From Verrucomicrobiota bacterium (GTDB lineage Bacteria; Verrucomicrobiota; Verrucomicrobiia; Opitutales; Coraliomargaritaceae): a stretch of DNA of 64,000 nucleotides. The stretch is taken from assembly GCA_039815375.1 (NCBI GenBank), contig JBCBZJ010000010.1, forward strand, positions 39,588 to 103,587. Reading direction: 5' to 3'. The notes under the pieces are model-generated. The model was not told where the DNA came from and made no database searches. It saw only the letters and a list, made by a program, of their open reading frames with translations. This document shows, piece by piece, positions 23,221 to 31,554 of this stretch (position 1 is its first letter; every line of letters begins with the position of its first letter). The translations under genes and the position numbers were made by a program.

Positions 23221-26004
23221 ATGGTTTTAAGGAAGCAATCTGCTGTCACCCTACTCTTGAGTATTCTCTATTCTGGTATCGGAGCTGCGGATACACTACC
23301 GAGCGATGAACTGCCAATCATAGAACTGGAAGATTACATTGTGACCGGCTCAAGATTTTCTGCCGAAACATCAGCTATCCAGCTTCCTGTTGATTTCATC
23401 AGTGCGGATTCTCTGAGCTTATGGAGAGAAGAAACCGCAATTAGCGCTCTTCGTGCCGAAAGTTATAATATAGGTAGTGCAAATACGGAAAATGACAGTA
23501 ACGGCGGTGATGGTTCGGCCTCAGCCAACCTCCGTGGCCTCGGCACGCTTTCGACCTTGACCCTGATCAATGGGCGCCGTGCCGGTGGGAACAGCGCGTT
23601 CCTTTACAACCCTGGCGGTTTCTCTGACCTTAATCTGATCCCTGTCGCAGCAATTAGGGAAGTCGAGATTCTGACAGAAGGGACTTCCGTCGCCTATGGC
23701 TCCGATGCGGTCGCCGGAACCGTTAACATAATGCTGCACGACGACTACGTGGGCACTCGGATAGAGGCCGGCTACAGCGATACGACCGACGGAGACGCAT
23801 CGGAGAAGACTTTCTCCTTTCTCACAGGGCAGGAGTTAAACGAAAAAACGCATCTTGTCCTTCTCGGTAGCTGGTATCAGCGCAATGCGATTTACGCACG
23901 TGATCGCGACATCTCGGAAGATACAGACCGCCGGGCGCAAGGTGGGCAGAACCAAGGCAGCCCATTTTTCCCAGGCCGAATTTCGGTTTCGGGTGTAGAA
24001 TATGTTCTTCCGAGCAACATCGACGCACCAACAAACCTGGGGCAGTATGAATTGTTCGATCCCCTCAATGATCTGTATAATTTCAGCGAATTTGCTCCGG
24101 CCGTTCCAGAGGTTGAGCGAAAGAGCTTAATGGCCAACATCACTCATCAACTCACGGACAACCTCGAGCTTTGGGGTGAAGGACTTTTCACGACTTCCAC
24201 TTTCTACAATGCCTTGGCACCTGCACCGTGGACAGCCGCGCCTAACGGATTCGAAAATCCAGGTGTCTTTTCGAGCATTGTGAATACTCCCAGCCCACAT
24301 ATTCCAGCGGGCATTAACCCGGCTGATATAGAGCGCATCGCCTATCGCAGCTTTGAGCTCGGCAACCTTGCCCCGGAACAGGAAAAAACCGCCTTGCGCG
24401 GGCTAATCGGACTGCGCGGAACCTTTTCTGACTGGAACTGGGAAACAGCTCTCCTCTACTCCGAAGTCGAAACAGAATGGCAATGGAGTGGCGTTACCGA
24501 CGCACGCATCCTCTCCGATCTTATCGAAACCGGCGAGTTCAACCCCTTTGCCCAGGCATTCGCAACCGGAACGATTCCTTCTGGTCCACTGGCAGGCCAA
24601 ACTTATGACAATGCGGCTGCTCTAGAGCAAGCCGAGGCAGATCCGGTAGACCTTTTTAAGGAGCAGTTCTGGAGCTATGACATCTCTGCCAGCCGATCTT
24701 TTCTCGAACTTCCTGCAGGCGAGCTCGAAACAGCTTTCGGCTTCGAGTATCGCGACGAGAGCATCGAGGCTGATATTGACGAGATCTTTGTGAACAGCAA
24801 CAACCTTGGAGGACCTGTCCGAGAATCCTACGGCGGAGACCGTAAGGTTTACGCTGGCTTTCTTGAAAGCCTGATCCCCATTTACCGCAAAGGTTCGCAA
24901 TCTCTGGACCTGAATGCTTCCATCCGCTACGAGGAGTATAGAGACAGCTCTGATGACAGCTCGGTTACAGGAAACCAATACAACGCATTCGTCTACAAGC
25001 TCGGCACGAACTTCAAGGCATCCGAAGCGCTAAAGTTCCGGCTATCTTACGGGACAGCTTTCCGAGCTCCAACCCTAACGGAGAGCTATGGAGGTAGCGT
25101 AATCGCAAATCCGATCTACAATGATCCTCTGGGCTTCACGGCGGACTCGGCTCGGATAAACACATTAATCAGCAGTAATTCGGATCTCGATCCGGAAGAA
25201 TCAACAACTGTCAACGCAGGATTCGTCTTTGCTCCTGATCCTGCCAAGGGATGGCGCCTTGAGATCGAATATTACAAAATCAAAACACAGGATGGTATCG
25301 TTAACGGAGCTCAATTCCTGGTAGACCAGAATGCAGCAGGGCAGCCGAACGGCGTCACACCGGGAACATTGGCTCCCACTGCACCAAATGCCGGACAAAT
25401 CATTCGGAACCCTGTGACAGGCCAACTTCTCGTGGTATTCTCCGAGTTCTTCAACGTAGCTGAAATTGAAACCGACGGCATCGATTACACATTAAGCTAT
25501 TTCCAACCCACGAGTGAAGGCAACTGGGAAGCCTCGATCAGGATAAGCCAGGTTCTATCCTACGATGTAACGGCGGCCCCGGGGGCAGCGACACAATCCT
25601 ACCTCGGGGACTTCATTGACCCGGCGGCTCCGGGTGGAAACATCGTCGGGCGCGGCTCGATTCCGCGCTATAAAGGCTACGCCCGCTTCGTCTGGAATCA
25701 TCGCAACCTGACCTTGGGCGCCACTTATAACTATATTCACTCCCTCGATGATAACACTGCATTCACCACAACGGGGCAACAGCGCAAAATCGACTCATGG
25801 CAAAGCCTCGATCTAGTGGCCCGTTACACTTGGCCGGAGAGTGCCCTGGATTGGCTCGATGGAGTCACACTTACCTTAAGTGCTGAAAATGTGACCGACG
25901 AAGCACCGCCTTTTGCTGCGGGCGCCTTTGCTGACGGCTACGACCGCTCGCTCTATAGCCTGGAAGGTCGAAGAATGGGGATCACACTCGCCAAAGATTT
26001 CTAA
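23221..26004 (+). CDS. TonB-dependent receptor
   Basis: Signal peptide, TonB box-like YIVTGSR, plug NLRGLG..TLTLINGRR, YGSDAVAGTVNI, C-terminal Phe. Confidence 0.93.
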   Translation: MVLRKQSAVTLLLSILYSGIGAADTLPSDELPIIELEDYIVTGSRFSAETSAIQLPVDFISADSLSLWREETAISALRAESYNIGSANTENDSNGGDGSASANLRGLGTLSTLTLINGRRAGGNSAFLYNPGGFSDLNLIPVAAIREVEILTEGTSVAYGSDAVAGTVNIMLHDDYVGTRIEAGYSDTTDGDASEKTFSFLTGQELNEKTHLVLLGSWYQRNAIYARDRDISEDTDRRAQGGQNQGSPFFPGRISVSGVEYVLPSNIDAPTNLGQYELFDPLNDLYNFSEFAPAVPEVERKSLMANITHQLTDNLELWGEGLFTTSTFYNALAPAPWTAAPNGFENPGVFSSIVNTPSPHIPAGINPADIERIAYRSFELGNLAPEQEKTALRGLIGLRGTFSDWNWETALLYSEVETEWQWSGVTDARILSDLIETGEFNPFAQAFATGTIPSGPLAGQTYDNAAALEQAEADPVDLFKEQFWSYDISASRSFLELPAGELETAFGFEYRDESIEADIDEIFVNSNNLGGPVRESYGGDRKVYAGFLESLIPIYRKGSQSLDLNASIRYEEYRDSSDDSSVTGNQYNAFVYKLGTNFKASEALKFRLSYGTAFRAPTLTESYGGSVIANPIYNDPLGFTADSARINTLISSNSDLDPEESTTVNAGFVFAPDPAKGWRLEIEYYKIKTQDGIVNGAQFLVDQNAAGQPNGVTPGTLAPTAPNAGQIIRNPVTGQLLVVFSEFFNVAEIETDGIDYTLSYFQPTSEGNWEASIRISQVLSYDVTAAPGAATQSYLGDFIDPAAPGGNIVGRGSIPRYKGYARFVWNHRNLTLGATYNYIHSLDDNTAFTTTGQQRKIDSWQSLDLVARYTWPESALDWLDGVTLTLSAENVTDEAPPFAAGAFADGYDRSLYSLEGRRMGITLAKDF

Positions 26005-26014
26005 TCAATATTGC

Positions 26015-26440
26015 CTATACTGGCAACTGAAGGCGCATGCGATTATCGTGGTTAAGCTCTGGGAATAGCTTTCTCAAACGACGGAGGAAGAGCACTGCTC
26101 CTCCAGCCGTATAATCAGGCTTATGGAGGCCCATCTTATCCCAAAGCTGCGAAATTTTCCTTAATTGAAGATTCTCAGAAACAGTCCTTTTAGAGTAAAG
26201 ATGGTTTCCTTGGCGAGGGGTTGCATAGGTGTATGCCTGCCCATCGAGATTAAACTGCACCTTAAATCGGCAGTCCATACCATGGTCGCGGAGCTCGTAA
26301 ATGCGCATCCAGACCCATTCATCGTTTGCGTCCCGAAGCGGGCAGATGGAGAAATCTCCATAGCCAATCTGAATATTGATCTCGCTTATCATTGACATCA
26401 CGAAAGCTACGTTAGCATTTCGGATTTTCAACATGCCCAA
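26015..26440 (-). CDS. Hypothetical protein (true start possibly ATG at 26398 or 26392)
   Basis: Fills the gap downstream of YcaO; no recognised motif; palindrome site 2 lies immediately upstream. Confidence 0.55.
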   Translation of the reverse strand: MGMLKIRNANVAFVMSMISEINIQIGYGDFSICPLRDANDEWVWMRIYELRDHGMDCRFKVQFNLDGQAYTYATPRQGNHLYSKRTVSENLQLRKISQLWDKMGLHKPDYTAGGAVLFLRRLRKLFPELNHDNRMRLQLPV

Positions 26441-26441
26441 A

Positions 26442-26457
26442 TGGTCCTTTTAGACTA
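26442..26457. promoter_or_regulatory. Palindromic operator TGGTC-CTTTTA-GACTA (site 2 of 3)
   Basis: Reverse complement TAGTCTAAAAGGACCA closely matches site 1. Confidence 0.6.
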
Positions 26458-26488
26458 TGTGGCAGCAAAGTAGCATGGACGGACTCTT

Positions 26489-27373
26489 TCACCAAAAGAA
26501 GTAGTCAGCCGCATTACTCAGATAGTCTCTACTCGGTGGTTTAATGATCGTCCGCCAGACGTAGGCGAATTTATCCCACGGGCCACGAACGGCACAATCG
26601 AACAGCAGGTTTAACTCACAGATCGCAGCCTTCGAGTGTTTTTCAAGCCTTTGGTCGAAACAGGCGCAACCCTCATCGCTGGAAAAATACAAAATTCTAC
26701 TTTCAAAAACTCCCAATTCCCCATCGCTGTCGAGGTCTTTACGAATCGCACGAAGAAGGGCCTCGGTTCGCTCGAATTCGATTCTGCTACGCCAAATCGC
26801 TCCTTCGAGGTCCTTTGCAGCCCCAAAGGCATACACACGCCCCTGCTCCGAATCTCTCCAGATCAATACGACGTCATGCTTCGAAAAAGGATTCTCGATC
26901 TGAATCCCTTCTAAGCGATCCGGCAATCCACTCATTTTCCGGTGCCCCAAAAGGCCCTCCCACCAGGACATCAGGCAATGCCGTTCAATCGACTCCGAAA
27001 AAGCTGCTCGCCGAGCCTGCCGGGCAAAGAGACCGGGAAAGGCAGCAAAGCCGTTCGAGCCTCCGTCGATTTGAATGCCACCCGGATTTTCCTCCATACG
27101 TTCTCGGCAATCGTAAACCACCCAACGTTCGATCGCCTCAGAGACCGCCATATGGCAAGCGATTTGAACCGACTCATGCGTGCCTGCCCCATCCGGCACC
27201 GGCGTTTTGGTGTGGGTGCGGACCTTCTTCGTAACCAGCTCATCTATCAGATAAGCACTGGCTTGATAGACTTCGCGCTCGGCCAACCGATACCTCCCAT
27301 ATTCGAGAGTCTTCAGGGGGCCTCCACCCTCCGCCGTAATGTTTGCGTAACGAATAGGTGCGAGGCTAATCAT
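26489..27373 (-). CDS. Short stand-alone YcaO-like protein
   Basis: YcaO ATP-binding signature in order: GAGT..MAVSEAIER, GSNGFAA, SESIERH; ATG at 27373 gives 294 aa. Confidence 0.75.
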   Translation of the reverse strand: MISLAPIRYANITAEGGGPLKTLEYGRYRLAEREVYQASAYLIDELVTKKVRTHTKTPVPDGAGTHESVQIACHMAVSEAIERWVVYDCRERMEENPGGIQIDGGSNGFAAFPGLFARQARRAAFSESIERHCLMSWWEGLLGHRKMSGLPDRLEGIQIENPFSKHDVVLIWRDSEQGRVYAFGAAKDLEGAIWRSRIEFERTEALLRAIRKDLDSDGELGVFESRILYFSSDEGCACFDQRLEKHSKAAICELNLLFDCAVRGPWDKFAYVWRTIIKPPSRDYLSNAADYFFW

Positions 27374-27374
27374 G

Positions 27375-27424
27375 AAAAAAGTGCCCAACCGCCGGGAGGA
27401 TTATATCGACCGGCGATTGGGCAC
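27375..27424 (-). terminator. Intrinsic terminator-like hairpin between peptide gene and YcaO
   Basis: Minus strand GTGCCCAATCGCCGG-N14-CCGGCGGTTGGGCAC followed by TTTTTT, ending just before the YcaO ATG. Confidence 0.7.
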
Positions 27425-27431
27425 AGAGTAA

Positions 27432-27569
27432 TTAAACGGTCATCACAGATGGGAAAGCCGATTTCGACATTTCTGCTTTTTCTCTCGTACCGTCTACACA
27501 GGCGTCAGTGCGCATACTCAACGTGGCAAAGCCAGCATTAAGTAGTAGGGTGCTGATTAGCTTTTTCAT
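27432..27569 (-). CDS. Unannotated 45-aa peptide, candidate RiPP/signal precursor: MKKLISTLLLNAGFATLSMRTDACVDGTREKAEMSKSAFPSVMTV
   Basis: Hand translation ATG(27569) to TAA(27432); shorter than any ORF in the supplied track; signal-like N-terminus; own promoter and downstream hairpin. Confidence 0.7.
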   Translation of the reverse strand: MKKLISTLLLNAGFATLSMRTDACVDGTREKAEMSKSAFPSVMTV

Positions 27570-27611
27570 TTGATTGGTAGTATCAATTAAGTCTCTACTC
27601 GAGACTATGTT

Positions 27612-27640
27612 GTTATACGTCGGGGATCTTTTTCTGTCAA
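27612..27640 (-). promoter_or_regulatory. Near-consensus sigma70 promoter for the peptide gene
   Basis: Minus strand TTGACA (27640-27635), 17 bp spacer, TATAAC (27617-27612). Confidence 0.72.
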
Positions 27641-27650
27641 TTAAGGCAAC

Positions 27651-27666
27651 TGGTCTGAGAAGACTA
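27651..27666. promoter_or_regulatory. Palindromic operator TGGTC-TGAGAA-GACTA (site 3 of 3)
   Basis: Same 5-6-5 motif, 10 bp upstream of the peptide -35 box and just upstream of the likely kinase start. Confidence 0.62.
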
Positions 27667-27681
27667 AGTCCTTACGGCGTT

Positions 27682-30600
27682 ATGCATAGAGAAGAGACCG
27701 TATGTGTTTTGCAGGAAATTGTAATCATACTTTCCAGACTAGTTTTGGCATTCTCGCTTTTGGCTGGCTTCCCAAACAAAGCTGATCCTTCCGACATCGC
27801 AGAACCCTTAGTTAGAAAGTTCTCTCCAATTCAATATGGGGGCGGGACTTCATCGAGAGCCGTGACAGAGGATAAAAGTGGTAACCTCTTCTTTGGGAAC
27901 GAAAAAGGTGTTCTCAAATACGACGGAGCGGCTTGGTCTATTCTGCCTTCTACGGGTGATTCTGTTTTCACGCAAGCCGTTATGGTCGATCACATGAATC
28001 GGATTTGGGCTATGGGCAACGAATCCATCGGCTATTACGAAGCCGGAAAAATGGGCGACTATGTCTACGTTGATATGCTTCCCAGCCTTAAAACCTATTT
28101 CGAGGTAGAGCAACTTGGGCCATTTTGGGAGCTTTTCGCAATGGAGGAAACAATCTACCTAGCTACGAGCTACGCTTTTTTAAGTTGGGATGGTTCCATC
28201 TGGAGCAAGTTTAGTTTCAATACAGAGCGTCGCATTCTACCTTCTGATTCGAAGGGCAAGTTCTACATTCATTCAAGAGGTGAAGGAATATTCCGCTTCG
28301 ACAATGAAGAATGGAAGAAAGTTGCAGGTCCAAATTCACTCTACTGCCGCGGAATTGATGCCATAGTCGAAAAGGAAGATGATGTTTTAACTCTCTTCAC
28401 ATTTTTTCAAGGGACATTGGAAATCGATCTAAAAACTCAAGAAGTAAGAAAGGTCCAAACACCATTTGAAGAGTCCGCACAGGGGAAAATGGTAACAGCA
28501 ATCAATGGAACTGATAGCTCCAGTGTTCTCGCAGGTGTAAGCACGGTAGGTCTCTATTTCATAGACAACCAATATCAACTTAGCGGCTTCGCGGCAGATC
28601 CCAAAAATAACATGTATGACAATTATGCCGAGACTAGTTCGGGCTACTGGGCCACCGCATCGGAAGAACTTTTACAGATTCCCTTCGGAACAGCATTAAG
28701 TCATTATGAAACTGGCGATCGGGTTGATGCAATAACCCGTTTTTCAGATAAAATCGTCTTCGCTGGTCGCTACTATCTCTTTGAGCTGGACCCGAGTAAT
28801 GCGCCGGAAAAGTCTACAGTCCAGCGGAAGCTCGAATTTACAGGCTCTTATACGCTGACAGAAGCAGACAAGCATCTAATCACTGGAGGAACCGAGGACT
28901 GCCTAAAGATAAATTCTGATGGAAGCATTGACCGGATCGAAAGTCCACGTCAGATCCTGTCTTCTTCGCCCAGTCGCCTCTACCCTGAAACAGTCTACGC
29001 TGGTGATTTGCCTTTTGTAAGCCGAATCCGAAAGCAGGCAGATGGTGAATGGCAACTCGTCGATTCCTCGGCAGAGCCGGTAGGCTTCGTTCTGGCACTC
29101 GAAGAGCTACCCGATGGCAGTGTCTTGGCGACGACACAATCCGGACCAGTAAAACGCATATTCTGGCCTGAAAACGGGAGCGGCCCTCCGCGGGTTGAAC
29201 CATTAGGCAAAGAGCAGGGACTCCCGGAAGAATTCGCCTGGTCCTACGTTCTTCATTCTCAGGGACATTATATATTGGTTACCGATCAAGGCGCTTTTCG
29301 ATATGCTTTTGAATTGGAGCGTTTTGAATATGACGATGTTCTCGGAAGCGACCTGGGCCTCAATACTTTTGATCTCGAATACACTGGGCTTGCGAGTGGG
29401 GACGGTTGGCTCCTCTGGCTGCCTGAGAATGAAGTATCCGGCCAACGGCTCGGAGCACTGTCTATCTCAACTGATGGAAGTCTCAACTGGGAACCATGGT
29501 ACATCCCGGCATTGAGTGAGCTTGGGAATGTCGAATCGCTTTACCACGAGGTTTACCAAGGCACTGAGCTGCTCTGGATCGGTGGTCTCGACGCGCTGCA
29601 CCGATACGATCTGGATGCAATGCCCGAAACGCCACCCCGAGACGCCAAAGTAACATCGGTACGGGAGCTAAACTCCGGTGCACTCTTTCAGGGGCCGGCA
29701 GGCAGTGCCCAGCTCGAAATGAACCTGAAGTTTCCCCAAGAGCGTTTGGCATTCAGAGTAACCTCACCACCCAGCCGGACAGAACTGGTTGGTTTCCAGA
29801 CACGATTGCTTGGATTCGAGAAAAACTGGTCCGAAACTACCGAACTCCAGTCCCGGGAATACACCCGAATCAGTGAGGGTAACTACACTTTTGAAGTTAG
29901 AGCAATCGACGAATTCTTGAGAGCAGGTCCAATTGCCAGTTACTCGTTTACCATACTTCCTCCCTGGTATCGCACTGTCTACGCCTATTTATGCTATGTG
30001 CTGATGCTGTTCTTATTCATTCTGGTTGCAGCCAGAATCAGGACCAACCGCCTGCATCGAAAAAATCTAGAGCTGGAGGCTACAGTCGCCGATCGCACCG
30101 AAGAGCTCCAACGCAAAAACGAGCAGCTCCGCCAAGCAAATACTGTAAAGCAAGATTTCCTTGCCAGTATGAGCCACGAAATCCGTAATCCGCTCAATGG
30201 CATTCTCGGTGTCGCACAGCTCCTCCGCCAAGAACAAGTAGGCGGCGCGACCCGAATCTCACACCTCAACGCCTGCGCAACACATCTCCACCAGCTTCTC
30301 GGTCAGGTGCTCGATTTTTCCAGTTTAGAGTCGGGCAAACTTGAAACCCGTCCTAAACCTTTTGATGTAAACGAGCTTATCGAAGAAGCCGTCGGCATGT
30401 ATAGTGCCCTTGCCGAGAAAAAGGCGCTCCAAATTTCCAAAGACTTCAAAGGCAGTGACAATCTCTGGATCGGCGACCCGGTTCTCCTGCGGCAAGTCCT
30501 CATCAACCTGATTTCGAACGCCATTAAATACACGCCATCCGGAGAGGTCCGCGTCCAATTAGAATACGCAGAGGCCAGCGCTAAAGTTGAGGCACGCTTT

Positions 30601-31554
30601 ATCATTGAAGATACCGGACCGGGCATACCTGAAGATAAACGAGAATATATCTTCAAAGATTTTACCCGTCTCAATAAGGCTGGAGAAAGCGAAATCGCCG
30701 GAACAGGCCTGGGGCTTGCCATCGCCTCACAGATGTCGGAGCTGATGCGTGGAAGTTTGACGCTCGACCCAAGCTATCAAGAGGGTGCCCGCTTCGTGCT
30801 GGCACTCCCCTTCGAAGGTGGGGCGAAGATTGTCGAGAAAACCGCCGAAACATTTGCCACGACTCAGCCACTTACCGGTAAGCGTGTGCTGGTCGCAGAT
30901 GATATGGAATTCAACCGCTACATTAGCCGCGAACTGGTGCAGAAACTTGGTGCCGAGGTCGATGAGGCTGAAGATGGTCAAGAAGCCTTAGAAGCGCTAA
31001 ACCGCGATTTCTACGACATTGCGCTCTTGGATATCAACATGCCCAAAATGAATGGAAATCAGGTTGTTCAAGCATTTCTTCGCAAACCGAGCGGAAGGCC
31101 CACATTGTTTGTAGCTCTGACTGCCCACGTCACCGCCTCAATGGAGAAGGCTGCGTTTCAAGCGGGCTTCTCTCACTTTATCGAAAAGCCGCTGGACCCC
31201 GAAGTGCTAATGCAAATCGCTCAAGCCCAGCCCCTGCGTGATAAAAAGGCAGCAGCAGACTTGTTGAGCTATTTGTCGGGAAGCGATTCGAAAGCACAAT
31301 CGAAACTAAAGGATCGCTATCTTCAATCCATGCGCGAACAGATCAAAATGCTGAGTCTGGCACTGGATCATGAAGACCGCTCGGAAGCATCTAAAATCCT
31401 CCATAAGCTTCGCGGTCTCGCAAATCTGAAGCGCAAGAAAGACATGATCGAGATAATGGAGCAACTCGCTGAAACACTTCATTCAGACGAGGACATCCTG
31501 ATCGCGAAAAAGCAATTCGCGAAACTTGGTGAAATCTTCGATTCAGGGAGCTAG
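27682..31554 (+). CDS. Unorthodox hybrid sensor kinase (periplasmic beta-propeller, Y_Y_Y, TM, HisKA, HATPase, REC, Hpt)
   Basis: GVLKYDG propeller repeats, YTRISEGNYTFEVRA, ILPPWYRT, FLASMSHEIRNPLN, LLDINMP, LHKLRG; start uncertain because the track start 27574 overlaps the peptide promoter. Confidence 0.9.
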   Translation: MHREETVCVLQEIVIILSRLVLAFSLLAGFPNKADPSDIAEPLVRKFSPIQYGGGTSSRAVTEDKSGNLFFGNEKGVLKYDGAAWSILPSTGDSVFTQAVMVDHMNRIWAMGNESIGYYEAGKMGDYVYVDMLPSLKTYFEVEQLGPFWELFAMEETIYLATSYAFLSWDGSIWSKFSFNTERRILPSDSKGKFYIHSRGEGIFRFDNEEWKKVAGPNSLYCRGIDAIVEKEDDVLTLFTFFQGTLEIDLKTQEVRKVQTPFEESAQGKMVTAINGTDSSSVLAGVSTVGLYFIDNQYQLSGFAADPKNNMYDNYAETSSGYWATASEELLQIPFGTALSHYETGDRVDAITRFSDKIVFAGRYYLFELDPSNAPEKSTVQRKLEFTGSYTLTEADKHLITGGTEDCLKINSDGSIDRIESPRQILSSSPSRLYPETVYAGDLPFVSRIRKQADGEWQLVDSSAEPVGFVLALEELPDGSVLATTQSGPVKRIFWPENGSGPPRVEPLGKEQGLPEEFAWSYVLHSQGHYILVTDQGAFRYAFELERFEYDDVLGSDLGLNTFDLEYTGLASGDGWLLWLPENEVSGQRLGALSISTDGSLNWEPWYIPALSELGNVESLYHEVYQGTELLWIGGLDALHRYDLDAMPETPPRDAKVTSVRELNSGALFQGPAGSAQLEMNLKFPQERLAFRVTSPPSRTELVGFQTRLLGFEKNWSETTELQSREYTRISEGNYTFEVRAIDEFLRAGPIASYSFTILPPWYRTVYAYLCYVLMLFLFILVAARIRTNRLHRKNLELEATVADRTEELQRKNEQLRQANTVKQDFLASMSHEIRNPLNGILGVAQLLRQEQVGGATRISHLNACATHLHQLLGQVLDFSSLESGKLETRPKPFDVNELIEEAVGMYSALAEKKALQISKDFKGSDNLWIGDPVLLRQVLINLISNAIKYTPSGEVRVQLEYAEASAKVEARFIIEDTGPGIPEDKREYIFKDFTRLNKAGESEIAGTGLGLAIASQMSELMRGSLTLDPSYQEGARFVLALPFEGGAKIVEKTAETFATTQPLTGKRVLVADDMEFNRYISRELVQKLGAEVDEAEDGQEALEALNRDFYDIALLDINMPKMNGNQVVQAFLRKPSGRPTLFVALTAHVTASMEKAAFQAGFSHFIEKPLDPEVLMQIAQAQPLRDKKAAADLLSYLSGSDSKAQSKLKDRYLQSMREQIKMLSLALDHEDRSEASKILHKLRGLANLKRKKDMIEIMEQLAETLHSDEDILIAKKQFAKLGEIFDSGS

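Noticed and set aside
26942..27541. 199-aa plus-strand ORF and other ORFs overlapping YcaO
   Set aside because: Antisense shadows of the YcaO and peptide genes, with no motifs.
27574..27681. N-terminal 36 codons of the kinase ORF as given in the track
   Set aside because: They overlap the peptide promoter and palindrome; a downstream start gives a more plausible signal/TM N-terminus.
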